DNA from: Amphiscolops sp. MND2022
Lineage: Eukaryota
Assembly (NCBI GenBank): GCA_964187785.1
Contig: OZ076421.1
Span: 19,282,001 to 19,346,000 of the forward strand
Direction of reading: 5' to 3'
DNA length: 64,000 nucleotides
Positions 24,750-36,918 of the stretch are shown here, piece after piece. Made by a program: the position numbers and the translations under genes. The notes under the pieces were generated by a model that was given only the letters and a program-made list of their open reading frames with translations, had not been told where the DNA came from and made no database searches. Numbering within the stretch: the stretch's first letter is position 1; the number at the start of each line of letters is the position of its first letter.

Positions 24750-27167
24750 AAGAGATTGGCCCGGGGAGCGGATGCTTCTGCCCAAAATCTAATTGAGAGA
24801 AAAACACCAGACGATCAGCCACAACATAAAATTTTGTCTATTCAAGCCAAACGCCAAGAAATCCCATCAGAGCATAAAGTAGTGATAACGGTAGAGAGGA
24901 CTTACTCTAGCATCGGACCAGGTGTGGTCCCACCATTGGAGACCACTCTGGAGGCAATGCATAAAACATCACAGAACGAATGCCCCACTTATCGTTTTAA
25001 AGAGTAGACGTGGCAAGAAACAAAGGGATTAGAATTAAAGTTAGCTGCTATCATTCCCCCACTTCTGCCATTGATGGTATTTGGACAGATTGATCCTGAA
25101 GACACAAAATTAGCTACGGTAGGCTGTATTACTGTGCATCAGCTATGGGAACAATATGGTGTGACTTCCCCTACTGGAGATGTACATCACCCAACCGCTG
25201 GTTGGTGGTTTTTAGTCATCTCCCTAAATGAAACGTTCCCAGCGGCACCCGGAACTCTAATAATTTGTCTAGAAAATTTGCGTACGCTTGTAGAGTTCTA
25301 CTGCACACTTTGTTTCCATTCAGCCGACATATTTAGGGGAAAGTTTCTTAGCCAACATTGGTTACAGCCACTAACTACTATTTTCGTTCGTCAAGGCAAA
25401 GAACACCTATTGGACAAACACGTCTAAACGGTTGAAAACCTTGTAACGATACACGAGGGCCTCACAATGGTCCATGATTGGTCTTGCACAAATATTGGTA
25501 ATAGACCATTACATAGAACAGTATGGCAAGACTGCAGAGAGAGTTATATTGGATCTTCCAGCATCAAATCAGGAAAACCAAAGTACTTCTACGGGAAAAT
25601 TGTTAACTACGCAGCCAAACGTTAAGCCGAACTGTTTATCATGGATAACCTACGACGAAACCGACATCTTGCAAGCACGTGGTACTGTGGTGATATGCTG
25701 TCCAGTGGACCTCTTGTCTTACTCAGCGATGACACGTTATGTCATTCGGGAAGATGGCCCTGAGGAAGTTTTCAGACAAAGACTGGTCTTGTCCAACGTC
25801 AAATTCAATCTGGCGCCACACCAACGCTTGTCACAGGTATGGCAATGCTGATCGCCCACATGCATTCACTGGAGACTCATCCAGATCGAGTTTTGTCTCT
25901 CTAAGTCGGGATAGGTTCGTTTCGCCGAACTGCCGAATTTCGCTATGCGAGTTGGCATGGACATGATCTAACTCACCATTTTGATGATCATCAAGCGCAC
26001 CAAACATATGGTGAGCGTGATAGGCTGCCCATGGATCAACAGCAGTCCCTGCATATTTCGCCAACGCCATCACAACCAGTGACGACCCCAACAATAGTGG
26101 AACCCAGTCGAGGTATTCTACCTACTCCACCTCCGTCGGCTCATAAATTCTCATGCACATTACCTGCTGTGCCCACGCTTGTGTTAACTCCGTCGCTATC
26201 CACTGCCCCTATTAGTGTCAGATGTTTGCCATTAATCAACCCTGATATCATGCTCCCTTCTTCCTTCAGGGGGAAGAGGTGCACACAAGTGCACAGAACA
26301 ATGAAAATTTGGCAGACACTACGCGTATAGAGAATGATGACAACCGGAGACCGAGAACCGTAGTAATGCGAAACCCTTATGATTTGCCAATAATGAAAAA
26401 CTTCACAGAAATCCAGGACTCGTATGATGCTCTATTGCCTTCCACTTCAAAGATCCGCAACACCTGATCCGCAACCACTGATATGTTTCCAGGCCAATCC
26501 AGAATTACAAGAACGCCAAAGGGAACAGCAGAAGGAGGAGCAAAAAGCTGTCAATGCGCCAAAAGATCTGAGAGATGTCTTGAATAAAAAAAAACAGAAA
26601 AGCAAACTGGATTAATTGGTTCAGAAAAAGAAAACCCGAGAGCTCGCCAGTTCAGACATCGCTAATCTGAGCCCAAATCCGTCCCCTGTACGACAACCGG
26701 ACGCTAGGAGAGTGCGGTTTTCCGAAGAACTCCTGTAGCAGACAGAAGCACGACAGTATGACATTACTGCCGGAGACGAGGTGCCTCTGCAACGAGAAGC
26801 ACGTTCCGGAACACAAGACTCAGGTTCAGACTCCCACAAAATTGAGACTGCTACAAGCAGAGGAGAACCAGAGAACATGAAGATCCTGGAGAATGCCTCA
26901 ATTGGTATGCACTACCTCAGACCAGTGAAAAAGCCAACGTTGCCTCTCGATCGAATTCCGCTGTGGTTTGAAAGAGTGGGAGAAGAACTACACAGAGATA
27001 GATCTCCATTTGTAAAACCACTTCCGTCAAAAGTGAAGTTGAGTAATCAACGACCGGCTAGATATGACGAGCAATTACTCAGAAGCCGAGATTTCATGAG
27101 AGACCTTACGACACTGCTTCCAATGAGAAAAAGGTACTCCAGAAAACGAGGACCGCCTTATTCATAG
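24750..27167 (+). pseudogene. Decayed 3' accessory ORF(s) of Gypsy A, including a macrodomain-like segment
   Basis: A series of same-strand ORFs after integrase. ITYDETDILQARGTVVICCPVDL...REDGPEEVFRQ (25645-25800) parallels the start of TARG1/OARD1-type macrodomains. Confidence 0.45.
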
Positions 27168-27329
27168 AAACCACGGTGAAAGCAACGTCTAACATATACA
27201 AAGCCCTAATGGACGTTCGGGTAATGTATTTGCTTTGTTCATCACTGGGGGATATTGCTGAGGTGACCTGTAAGGTGGTCTTTGCCCTGCCTTAAAGCCT
27301 ACCGAAACAATTCCCTTTCCACCGTTATT

Positions 27330-28386
27330 AGTATACAGTAAAGTAATTGACCACTTGGCCTTTCGAGCCACTTTGGAACGCCCACCAAGGACCACTGGAC
27401 GCTTCTAACAGAAGACTAAAATTCATTTATGTCAGAAGGAAAACCGAGTCAGAAGGCAGAGCGAGTGTGAATTCGGGAGGAACAGTATGGACTCCAGATA
27501 AACTAAGGCAGCACAACTTGAAAACTGTAAACAGATCCTCTCTGCATTGAATTTTGTAATAATCGGACAGGAATCGAAACCACTCGCCCTCATAACTGAT
27601 GTCATGGGACCTAAACTTTTCCACAAAAGAACCATACTCACTAAGAAACAACGGCTTGACTGCACTGGAAATCCATTTATGTTGGATGAAAAAATCGCAA
27701 AGTATCTCAGACTCATGGTAGTGGGTAGTGATCAACTGCTTCTCCGTAACAGATGACAGCTTCATCGAAAACAGAAACCCCGCTGACTACCTTGGATTTG
27801 TTCAACCATTGCTTCAACAGAAGTGTGCACACACTCTTGTAAAAGCACAACGCTTGTTCGACGAACCGGGAAGGAGTTGGTTCTTCGCTTTCGGCAACTA
27901 GTTGAGCGACGCCTTTTTTTCAAGAGATCAGCTGTAGTTTTGAAAAGAAGATCAGGGGCAGAGAGATCGATTCGATTAGATATGTCGCCAAGGAAGGAGT
28001 CAGGCAAAACGACTTGTAACTGACTTTAAACAAACGTAGCGAAGGCACTGTAAAACAACGGAAACCGTCTGAGTACGAAACTCCGCTCGCTCCTTTGAAA
28101 GCTGAATGATGTAAACACAAACAATATTGATAATAAATACTACAATGTAGGCGGAATCTAGAAAATGATAGTATATAAAAAAGGAGAGGACTAACAGTGT
28201 AGAAGAGCATGGCGAAGCGTATGCGTACAATTTGGCAGCGTATGATTTTTTTGAAGAATGTTTCATCAAGACGCTTTGGCTAAAAGGGATGAAAGGAAAC
28301 AAAAATAGAGGAGAAGAACAAAGTACGACAAAATGAAAAAGAAGAATAGAAACCACCTCGTTCATGTGATGCTTGAAAGCCTTCAA
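27330..28386 (-). pseudogene. Decayed ORF of an unclassified repeat
   Basis: Overlapping minus-strand ORF fragments that read as one frameshifted protein (e.g. LFLSEYGSFVEKFRSHDISYEGEWFRFLSDYYKIQCREDLFTVFKLCCLSL). No domain recognised. Confidence 0.4.
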
Positions 28387-28499
28387 TCGATCAGTGAAAC
28401 GGAGGTGAGAAATGACATTGTTCGAGGATCACTAATAACTCCTCATGACTGTATTTGAGACTGGAAATGGCCTAAAACAACAACACTGTAAAGATACAG

Positions 28500-29400
28500 T
28501 TTGCTTATGCTTTAAAATTACAGGACAAAATCAGAAATTGTGATGCATTAATCGCAATTCCGAATCCAGCATATGATGTAAAACAGCATACAGCATTAGT
28601 GATGCTGTTTATGCGGAACATCATCGAAATCAGCAAAAGAAAACTTATGCGGAATTGCTCTGAAACAGCATGATGTCATTATCCTAGAACGGATGGTTAT
28701 GCGGATTCCATCCAAAGAGAAACAGCTTAAAAGAAACACTTATGCGGTTTCCAGAGAGAAACAGCCTAAAAAATACTTATGCGGTTTTCAAAAGAAAACA
28801 GCATAAAAGAAGTAACCATGAGGTTTCCGATAGAAAAGAGCATAAAAGAAGCATTTATGCTGTTTCCAGAAAAAAAAACAGCATAAAAGAAGCAATCCTG
28901 CTGTTTCCAGAAGAAAACAGCATAAATGAAACGCTTCTGCGGTTTTTAAAAGAAAACACCATAAAAGAAGCAACTATGCGGTTTCAAGAGAAAACAGCAT
29001 GAAAGAAGCAACCATGCCGTTTTTAGGAGAAAACAGCATAAACGAAACACTTATGCGGTTTCCTGAGGAAAACCGGATAAAAGAACTAACCATGCGTTTC
29101 TCGAAAGGAAAAAGCATAAAAAAGCAGTTATGCAGTTACCAAGAAGAACAGCATGGAAGAAACGATTATGCGTAGATTCGGTGTTAACGGAGCAGAAAGA
29201 ATGCTTATGCAGTTTTCAAGAAAAACAGCATGATGAATATTGAGAAAAACAGCCTGACAATATACAGATTATGCGGATCGTCAGTATGATGAAAATTGTG
29301 AACTCGTCGCGAGTTCTACAGTTGATTATGCTGCGTTAAGCGGACTTCAGGATGCAGCACAGGATGAAATTAGGATAAATCATGCAGCATTTAGACCACA
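28500..29400. repeat. Minisatellite of ~38-39-bp hairpin units
   Basis: About 13-14 well-formed units between 28715 and 29235, consensus AAAACAGCATAAAAGAA.CA.TTATGC(G/T)GTTTCCAGA. AAACAGCATA and TATGCTGTTT are reverse complements. Confidence 0.9.
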
Positions 29401-29482
29401 ATACAAAGCGTAATTTGGAATTACGAAAGACTCGTTAGAAAAACTCACACTGGAATATTCTGGAGTGGAAAACATGAAATAT

Positions 29483-31360
29483 TTAAAAAAAAACTAACTT
29501 TGCGAAGTTCAGGAGGATAATTGACCCAGACGACGTTTGCAGATTCATCAGAAGGAACTGACACACGCTGTGATAATCATTGCGGTCAAAGATCTTGATG
29601 GAGGGACCTGCTAACACAATGTTCAGGTGTTCAAAGGAAAAGGTGGGGACAATACAAATTTGAATTAATTCTGCGGTGATTGATTTTGAGGTGCGTCCGT
29701 CAAAGCCCAGAAGAGAGTAGGAGAAGAAGGGCTCAGAAGAAGAAAAGGCACAGTAGGAAATATGGCAAAGGAAAAGCTTATTAGTCAAAATTTCTATATT
29801 AGTCCACTTATTTCCTTCGGAGTGGCCTGACTAATTGAACTCTCAGCTAATACGAAGTGATTAAACACTTTACCGGACCAAAAGATCAGGATCACCTGGG
29901 ATTTGTCACAGGTAGCATTGAACTGTAGCGAGAATTGACCTGACTGACCAATGGAAGCGGTAGAACAGGACAACAATGTCCGGAACATGTGCACTGAGAC
30001 TCCCTGTGAAACAAAGCACAATTCAACTGAAAGATTCTTTTGGGACGCCTAAGCTAGTTGTCCAATACTTACAAAGTTGCGTTCGGCGCTCCAATTGTAC
30101 TGTGGCACCTTGACTGGACCTCTTATCTCTAGGCTGAGGGTTCCCCAAAGAGCACCCCCAAAGAGCAACCCCAAGAGAGTAAAATCCTTGTTTCCGAGCA
30201 CCCCACTGAAGATGGATCCATCTCATCAGTTGGGACCGGAAGTTTCCGCTGTCCAGGGAGCAAGCAACACTCTCCGAGGATTGGAGCAATGGGGACTTTA
30301 AGTTCAGCTTCCTCTCGGTCCTCAGCTAGAGCTGACCCAATTAATTCCAGTTCGTCCTTTCCATAAAGAGGTAACTCAGGCGTCTCCGCCCTGATCCGGT
30401 GTTCTTGAACCAATTGGCATCACTCGTGTATTGAGACAGAATCTCAAGAAACCCTTTATTTTATAGAGACAACCCAGTCTGGCAAACCATACAGCGCCAT
30501 TTGTGGGGATTATCAGCAGAATCAACTGGAGCAGTAACGAAAAATTTGAAAATAGTGTGTTTCTTGTACATGCTTCCGGATAATTGCATTCGTGTTCTGG
30601 GTCGCTTCGAGGCAGAATGTTGATCCCATTGCAGCTTGAACTCAGTTCCCTCGCTCGCATCTGTCGTCTTTCACGTCGGAATATCCCAACTGGAGGAGTA
30701 ATTTGCTCTTCAGCGGTGCTAGCGATAGACACTATAAGTGAAGACTCAATGTTAGTCCTGCTAGTTTCTGTTCCTGTAAGGGCATCTTGGACCCTGGGAG
30801 TAGGAATAGTGAATCCTTCCATCAACCTGGTGCTGATAGAGGTCGTCACTTCAGAAATCAACATTTGCATACGCTGTTCCAGAGCCATTAAATCAAAATT
30901 GGTAACATAGCTATTATCAAGAGGGAACTGTGAGGCGGTTGTTACAGCTGACGCTTGAGCTACAGGTGATGAAGTCCCTGGAGTATTGGATTGTGGAATT
31001 CGGGTAAGGAAACTTGAAAAAGGGGAAAGGCAATTTTTCCTCATCGGCGGATGGGGATGTAGTCCCAGAGAGACCACCTGGTCCGCCCTCGTAACCCGTC
31101 TTCTCCGAACGGATTGTAATCGGTGGCGGGAGAGTTTCGCCTCTGCCTTCTTGCTGTGAAATAGTGTTCTCATGAGATTCAGGAGTAATGAAACTGACAG
31201 CAACCTCAGTATGGGGATCGCTTGAATCTAAGGCTTGCATGCTTGTATCGAAAGAATGCCTTAGTCCGTCGGTGTCTACGAAAGTCCTCGGATCTTCTTG
31301 ACAACTCATTTGATGTTCGGGAGTTGAGTGATGCAGCGGATTCCCAAAAGGAAGTAGCAA
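29483..31360 (-). pseudogene. Second decayed ORF region of the unclassified repeat
   Basis: Long Ser/Pro/Thr-rich minus-strand ORFs (147, 275, 94 and 88 aa) that overlap in alternate frames, as expected for a frameshifted gene. Confidence 0.35.
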
Positions 31361-32499
31361 AGCCAGGTCGATGTTAGTAGATGGAGTTTGAGCTGGGGGA
31401 TTAGAATCGGGAGCAACTGAAACACATACGAAATCAGAACATCTGGAAATCAGGACAGCAAAAGAATTGACTGTTTAAAATGGTGACAGCCTGATCAACT
31501 GTTACTTAAGACAGACAGAACTAGTTCGAAAAAAATGTTCACGACTCGAGACAGAAAATCCGGAATTCAACATGTGGATGGTTGGTGAAAGCGGTAAACT
31601 CGTTCAACAATCGAAAAAGCCTATTAGGATTGATTGAAGTCAAATAATCGAACTTCTTCCTCCATTTAAATAAAATGGTTGAAAGAAGTCTAGAAATACA
31701 GACCTTGTGTTGGCTGCTCGTTTCTCTCTTGACCGGACTGTTTATCTTCCATCTGGATACAGGAACTAAAGAACTGGTAAGAAGAAATCTTCGAAGACGA
31801 AACGCAGAGTAGAAGAATGAAACTAAATGGAAGATGTAAGACCTTTCTTATGTCAAATGACGAAGGAGATTGTAAATCAAAGGAGGCTGACATGGAAGAG
31901 AAGTAATTAAGGAAAGGTGGTATGGGTCTGTAATGAAAACGAATATTTGAATTAAACAAAGTACAGAAAACTACAGAAATGCTGGATGAGGATGGAAATG
32001 AGAAGATGAAAATGTTCTGGGAAACTCCCGTACTATAGGAATCTTGCAACAAACGACGATTACTATGAATACTCAAAAACTTGAAACGAAGGTTTGAATG
32101 TAAACAGAAGATCAATAACGAAGGAGTGGCAGTTGGTACAAAGGCAATAAAGCAAACGGCAGATGCCAATTGAGCAAAATTAGCGATCTATCTTGAATCT
32201 GATTGGGTGGAAAAGATGCATTAGATTTGAAATAATCTACCAGTATGACCGCGTTAGTAATGTATATGCGGCCTGCAAACAAATCTAGCCAACAGCTAGG
32301 GAAAAGGAATCACTGACGCGGCAAGAAAGACCAACCATCACATGCGGATGAATCTGTAAAGCAGCATAATACCATTAGGCGGAAATCACAACGAAACAGT
32401 GTAATGATGCAGTATGAAAACTTTCACAGTTCAGACATGAATTAATCCTTGTGATTTTTGATTACGACTAATTAAAATTGATTCGACGAAACTCAGAAG

Positions 32500-33540
32500 A
32501 ACAGAAACCAAATTATAGAAGAATTTGAGAGGAGATTCCCAAATTCAATGTTTGTTTATATGGAAGTAAAAACTTTGGCTGTGCTACCTTCCTCAAAATT
32601 TTCGGTGAGTTACACGAGAAACCGGGAAAAGAGGTAATCAAGAAATATTATGATGCAATTTACGAAGAAGCATCATAACCCTATTAGAACTTAGAAAACC
32701 TCACGAATTTGGTCTAAACTTTCTTCCTTTCTTTCAAACTCTTTGGTAATTTATGAACTCATTTTCTAAACCTTTTGACTCACTGATAATTTGAAATTTG
32801 GAAATTACCATTCAAAATGATCAATAGACCCGTGGGAAGCACCAAATCCTAAATGCCCCGATGATCACAAGTCCTGCTGTGGAACTAATAAATATACCTA
32901 GCAGTTCGAGGGAGGAATTTGCTGTGGAACCCCTTTCCTTGCCTAGCTTGGAAGACAGATTCAGAATACCCTCTGCTGCTTTAATTGCCATGCCGACAGC
33001 ATTCATGGGAGCCGCAGGAGCTGCGTTGTTTACGAGTAATCACGAAATGGAAACTTGAGTCCGAACATCACATTGATACGAGGTGACAACCATCGAGAAC
33101 GATCTGATGGACTTAATCAATGGAATTTCAAATGTGTCCCCACTGTCGTTCATTGGATCATCAGAAGACGAGATGGATCCGATCAACGGAGCGGAGTTTG
33201 CGAATGTAGATAGAAACTCTTATGGGACACCAGTGCAAAAAGTTTTACCTACTCCAAGATAGCGACATATAGTGAGGCTAACTGTAGTCAACTCTCCTAT
33301 GACACCCACCCAGCGATATGAGCTCATTCTCAGCAGTTGTATCTATACCGCAAAGGGTACAGGAGCCGATTGGACTTTCGTTTCCGCCAGCTAATCACCT
33401 TTATTTGCCTGTGCCGTTTAATCCAAACAAATAGAATAACGGTAACTACAACCAGAATAAACATGGAAACCAGATGCTTACAGGTCAGCAAGGATTTCCA
33501 CATGGTAGAGCCAACAATGCCCAACCGGTGCTACAGATGA
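32500..33540 (+). pseudogene. Decayed unknown ORF (A) of a three-ORF cassette
   Basis: Frame continuity through 32861-33058 and 33337-33540 (YRKGYRSRLDFRFRQLITFICLCRLIQTNR). It ends in a TGA that overlaps the next ATG. Confidence 0.4.
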
Positions 33541-33785
33541 AACATTCAGTTATGAAAGAGGTGACAGGTTTTTGTGTAGGCTGCAATAAAACCTACGATC
33601 AAATAGCAGTTGAAACGTTGACCCATTATGTGGCATGGTCAGACTACCCAGACGAGACAATTTGTTCTTGGAATGTAAGATCAAGAGCATTTGTACACGA
33701 ATTTGGAGCGGGTTTGATCTGCTTCAAAAATGCTGGAATGTCGCAGGGCCACCCGTGCGAGATGTCAGGGGTGCAACACAGGTGA
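33537..33785 (+). CDS. 82-aa Cys-containing orphan protein (ORF B)
   Basis: Intact ATG to TGA: MKHSVMKEVTGFCVGCNKTYDQIAVETLTHYVAW...ET...VRSRAF....AG...SQ. A homologue lies at 2-211. Confidence 0.55.
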   Translation: MKHSVMKEVTGFCVGCNKTYDQIAVETLTHYVAWSDYPDETICSWNVRSRAFVHEFGAGLICFKNAGMSQGHPCEMSGVQHR

Positions 33786-34129
33786 AGCAACCAACGCCAC
33801 CCACAGCTAGCAGATTCGACAAATTAGTCAAAGAAGAAGGGATGATAAACATTTGAAACTTTGTGTTTAGCTTAAAACATTTTTGTCATTTTGTTCGTTT
33901 AAAATGTTACTGTTGATCTTTTTTCTTTCCATCTAAACGATGATAATTGTTGCTGAAGTTTCTTTCACCGAGAAAGTGCGTTAATCAATTAAACGAATCA
34001 AAACAGTAGCGTTTCAGTTGCCTGATCCAAAGTCAAACCTCTGTTCTTACTACCGGTACTATATTAGAGAGTCCATGCACATATAATCTTCTGAATATGG
34101 CCATACGTATTTTGTTTGAAAACAGTACG

Positions 34130-34620
34130 ATGATCTGATTAAAAAGCATCATATTACATTCACACGTGTTTGTGGACACAATTTATACTGCTTTATGCAG
34201 TTTGTAAAATACAGAAAATGCGGTATTAGTGAAATTGCATATATACTGATTCTTATGCTTTATACTGTATTATGCAGTATTATCATTGAAACAGCATATG
34301 TGGAAATCCCGCAGAAACAGCATATGCGGATATCCTGCAGAAACAGCATGATGCTTTTACTTGTAAACAGCATATGCGGAAATCCCACAGAAACAGCATG
34401 ACGTCTCAACCTAGAAACAGCATATGCCTAACTTCCTCGGAAACAGCATGATGATAAGCTTGAAAACAGCATAAATACGTTTACAGCGTTGCTAGCAGAT
34501 TTTACTGCATTATGCGGTTTTCATGAAACAGCATATGCAGGATTATGATGATATTCAGCATAATTTTCATAATATTTCACGGTTATTTACATTTGTTACT
34601 AACCTATATTCAGAACTTCT
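34130..34620. repeat. Tandem array of ~25-bp units with an AAACAGCAT core
   Basis: GAAACAGCAT(ATGCGGAAATCC) recurs about eight times between 34270 and 34545, with the same core as the 28.5-29.4 kb array. Confidence 0.85.
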
Positions 34621-34933
34621 ATGGCTGTGTTTTAATGAATTAATTTTAACTTCTAACCCTCGAAAAATGACGTTATGATCATTTAAGTAAAAACGCTGGT
34701 CACGCTTCTAAAAATAACATCCAATAAGAGCACTTGAGGTGAGACCCTCTATATCAGTCTTTACACACAATCACTCGAAAAAAGACATCCAAACAATAAG
34801 GTCACCTAATTTGACAAACAATCCATAATTCACAAAATTTACAGTTTCTTTTCTGTAAAGACAACTCACACAATCTCATTTCAAACCATCTTTTCGAAAT
34901 TCAAAGATTTTCACACATAACTTTGTTTTCATC

Positions 34934-35470
34934 ATGGGGAGCAGAAGGAACAGACGACTTAGAAGAGCTGAGTCTCAGGCTCCAGATTTAGATGAAAATT
35001 TTCCAGAAACAAGCATTGTTCAAGGTAATGAGACTTTAATTAATGTTTCTGAAAATGCTGATAATAATGTTTCAGGCAGGAATCTAGGTAGCGAACTTGC
35101 AGAACTTTCACAAGTCAGTAACTAAATAGACGCCATTTCGCAGAGAATGGCTGAGCGAAACAACGCAAAAATGTTAGAAATTGAAGAACATGTAAACAGT
35201 TAATTTGAGGAAATACCTTAAAAATCAGAGCGAAGAAAAACGATGACAGAGAAAAGGATGATGAAAACTACAATCCTGGTCCTTCTAGCTCAGGCAGCAA
35301 GCATCTCAAGAAAAAACACGCATCAAACATTGAAAACTATAAAGACCGGAATCAGGATAATCGCTTTCCGTCTTCAGACATGGATGAACTAAGGTAACCG
35401 TCAACTCCTTTGGGAGTAAAAAATGAAACAATCATAATAAACGAAAACATGACAGAAGCCGATTATCACA
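34934..35470 (+). pseudogene. Gag-like N-terminal ORF fragment ending at a probable LTR terminus
   Basis: MGSRRNRRLRRAESQAPD..., a coiled-coil segment, then TIIINENMTEADYH ending GAT TAT CAC A (35470). Confidence 0.45.
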
Positions 35471-35608
35471 TCAATAGTACAAAGGAAAAGCCTTATTCGA
35501 GCGAATTTCAAAAGATAATCTCTTATGGTGATTTTTAGTTTTCAAAAAATGTGAGGCAGAAAGATTAAGAGCCTACTAAAGAATAAGGTTCTATACTGCT
35601 TCACTAAA

Positions 35609-35855
35609 TGTCGGACTGCTTAGAACGTGCCGATCTAGATAAGGCGGCTGTGTTCTTTAGCCTGGATCGTTCTTCATTGTGGGAAATCAGCATTTCCGTC
35701 AAGAACTTTAATGATGATATCTCGTTTTGCAATTTAACGAATCTCTCTTCGTTCTCTCTTTGCATCTCGTCGCCCAGTGAAGGAGATTCTGATCTGGACC
35801 GAGTGTCGTTTCGTTCGAGAGTGTTAGCGGAATCCATGCTATTGATTGTAAACAT
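35609..35855 (-). pseudogene. Gag-like coiled-coil ORF fragment ending at a probable LTR terminus
   Basis: ENEERFVKLQNEISSLKFLTEMLISHNEER...SKQSD ending TCC GAC A (35609). Confidence 0.4.
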
Positions 35856-36787
35856 ATTTGACTTTCCCCACTTCTCAATTTTTTCTAGGAGAATATGTGC
35901 TCATTGAATTAAGGAGACAATGATATGTAGAGGATGAAGATGTTTATTCCAAGGTTACTTAAAAGTATACAAGTAGCGATTGGAATCGAATTAAAGTATC
36001 GTGGGTTTGCAATCAGGAATTCAAGTGTGAGCGCGTAAATCGTGTCAAGTGAGTATTTCAACTTTTGGACTCTCTTGCATCTCGTTGGTCGATGTTATTG
36101 GATGATGAGACGCAATTCTTACAATCCTGTGCGCCCATTGGTCTACAGGGTTTGAACGCAAATATCTAGTCACGTGACCAAACTCTACCAAGGTCGCTAG
36201 AGGACTACGCATTATGTTAAAGCGCCAAAATGGTAATTGTTTTAGTTAATTTGCATTTATAACGTAAAATATGGCGAAATGTATGAAAAATGAAATAGTG
36301 CTGAAAAGGCTCGATTCTTTCATTTATAACTGAGGCCTATATTTCCTCTCATTTTACTTGTGTGAAACCGATGATTGGAGTAATCGCGCTGTTTTCCAGA
36401 CAAGGAACAGTGTTTAAATCATTAGCATTTATACGTCAACTTAGATTTCTTTCGCTTTGCTTGTGTTTTTGTTGTTCTTCGAGCAGTGGACAAGCAAGCA
36501 CCACGACAATTCGTACAAAATTAAATTAAACAAATTTGCAAAATAGGTCTCACACAACAGAATTACTAGCTTTTAGTGCTGGTACAGCCAATATGTATGG
36601 AACATGATTCAATTGAAGAGGTAATCATATTTGTTGTAGGGCTTGGTCGCTTCGCTCCCTTAGTCAAGTAGCAACATTGAGACATGGCAAAATGGCACGT
36701 CGCTCGGCTTCGCTTCGCTCTTGCATTTTGGGCACTAGGGGTATGTGAGCATAGCTGACTACGTTATAATAATAAATTGTACGTTAC

Positions 36788-36918
36788 AAATTGTACGAAA
36801 TGTCAGGTTTCATTTTTCGTACGAAATGTCGGGTTTCGTTTTTGTACGGAATGTCGGGTTTTGGATTTGTACGAAATGTCGTGTGTACGAAATGTCGTGT
36901 GTACGAATTGTTTTGCTC
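36788..36918. repeat. Tandem GTACGAAATGTC repeats
   Basis: About six copies of TGTACG(A/G)AATGTC with 2-14-bp spacers. Confidence 0.8.

Larger units (their letters stand above)
17265..27170 (+). mobile_element. Ty3/Gypsy element family A, internal region, LTRs missing
   Basis: Leader is homologous to the reverse complement of 43790-44240; gag-pro-RT-RH-IN order follows; about 3.3 kb of decayed coding sequence lies after integrase. Confidence 0.9.

Noticed and set aside
27427-27765. hAT dimerisation domain
   Set aside because: Only a vague W..F...L..VFKL pattern; the conserved P.TS...ER.FS motif is absent.
28742-29002. 86-aa ORF with repetitive sequence
   Set aside because: A by-product of the 38-39-bp minisatellite, with no sign of a real gene.
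28715-29235. Regularly spaced palindromic repeats as a CRISPR array (also the arrays at 9.7-10.2, 34.3 and 36.8 kb)
   Set aside because: Units are contiguous and degenerate, lack unique spacers, have no cas genes nearby, and the context is eukaryotic.
30376-31203. 275-aa ORF as an intact host gene
   Set aside because: It is low complexity, overlaps other long frames in a decayed repeat, and has no recognisable domain or splice structure.
31478-31490. ATGGTGACAG as a PBS or gag start
   Set aside because: It is not preceded by an ACA-ending LTR and is not followed by a gag frame.
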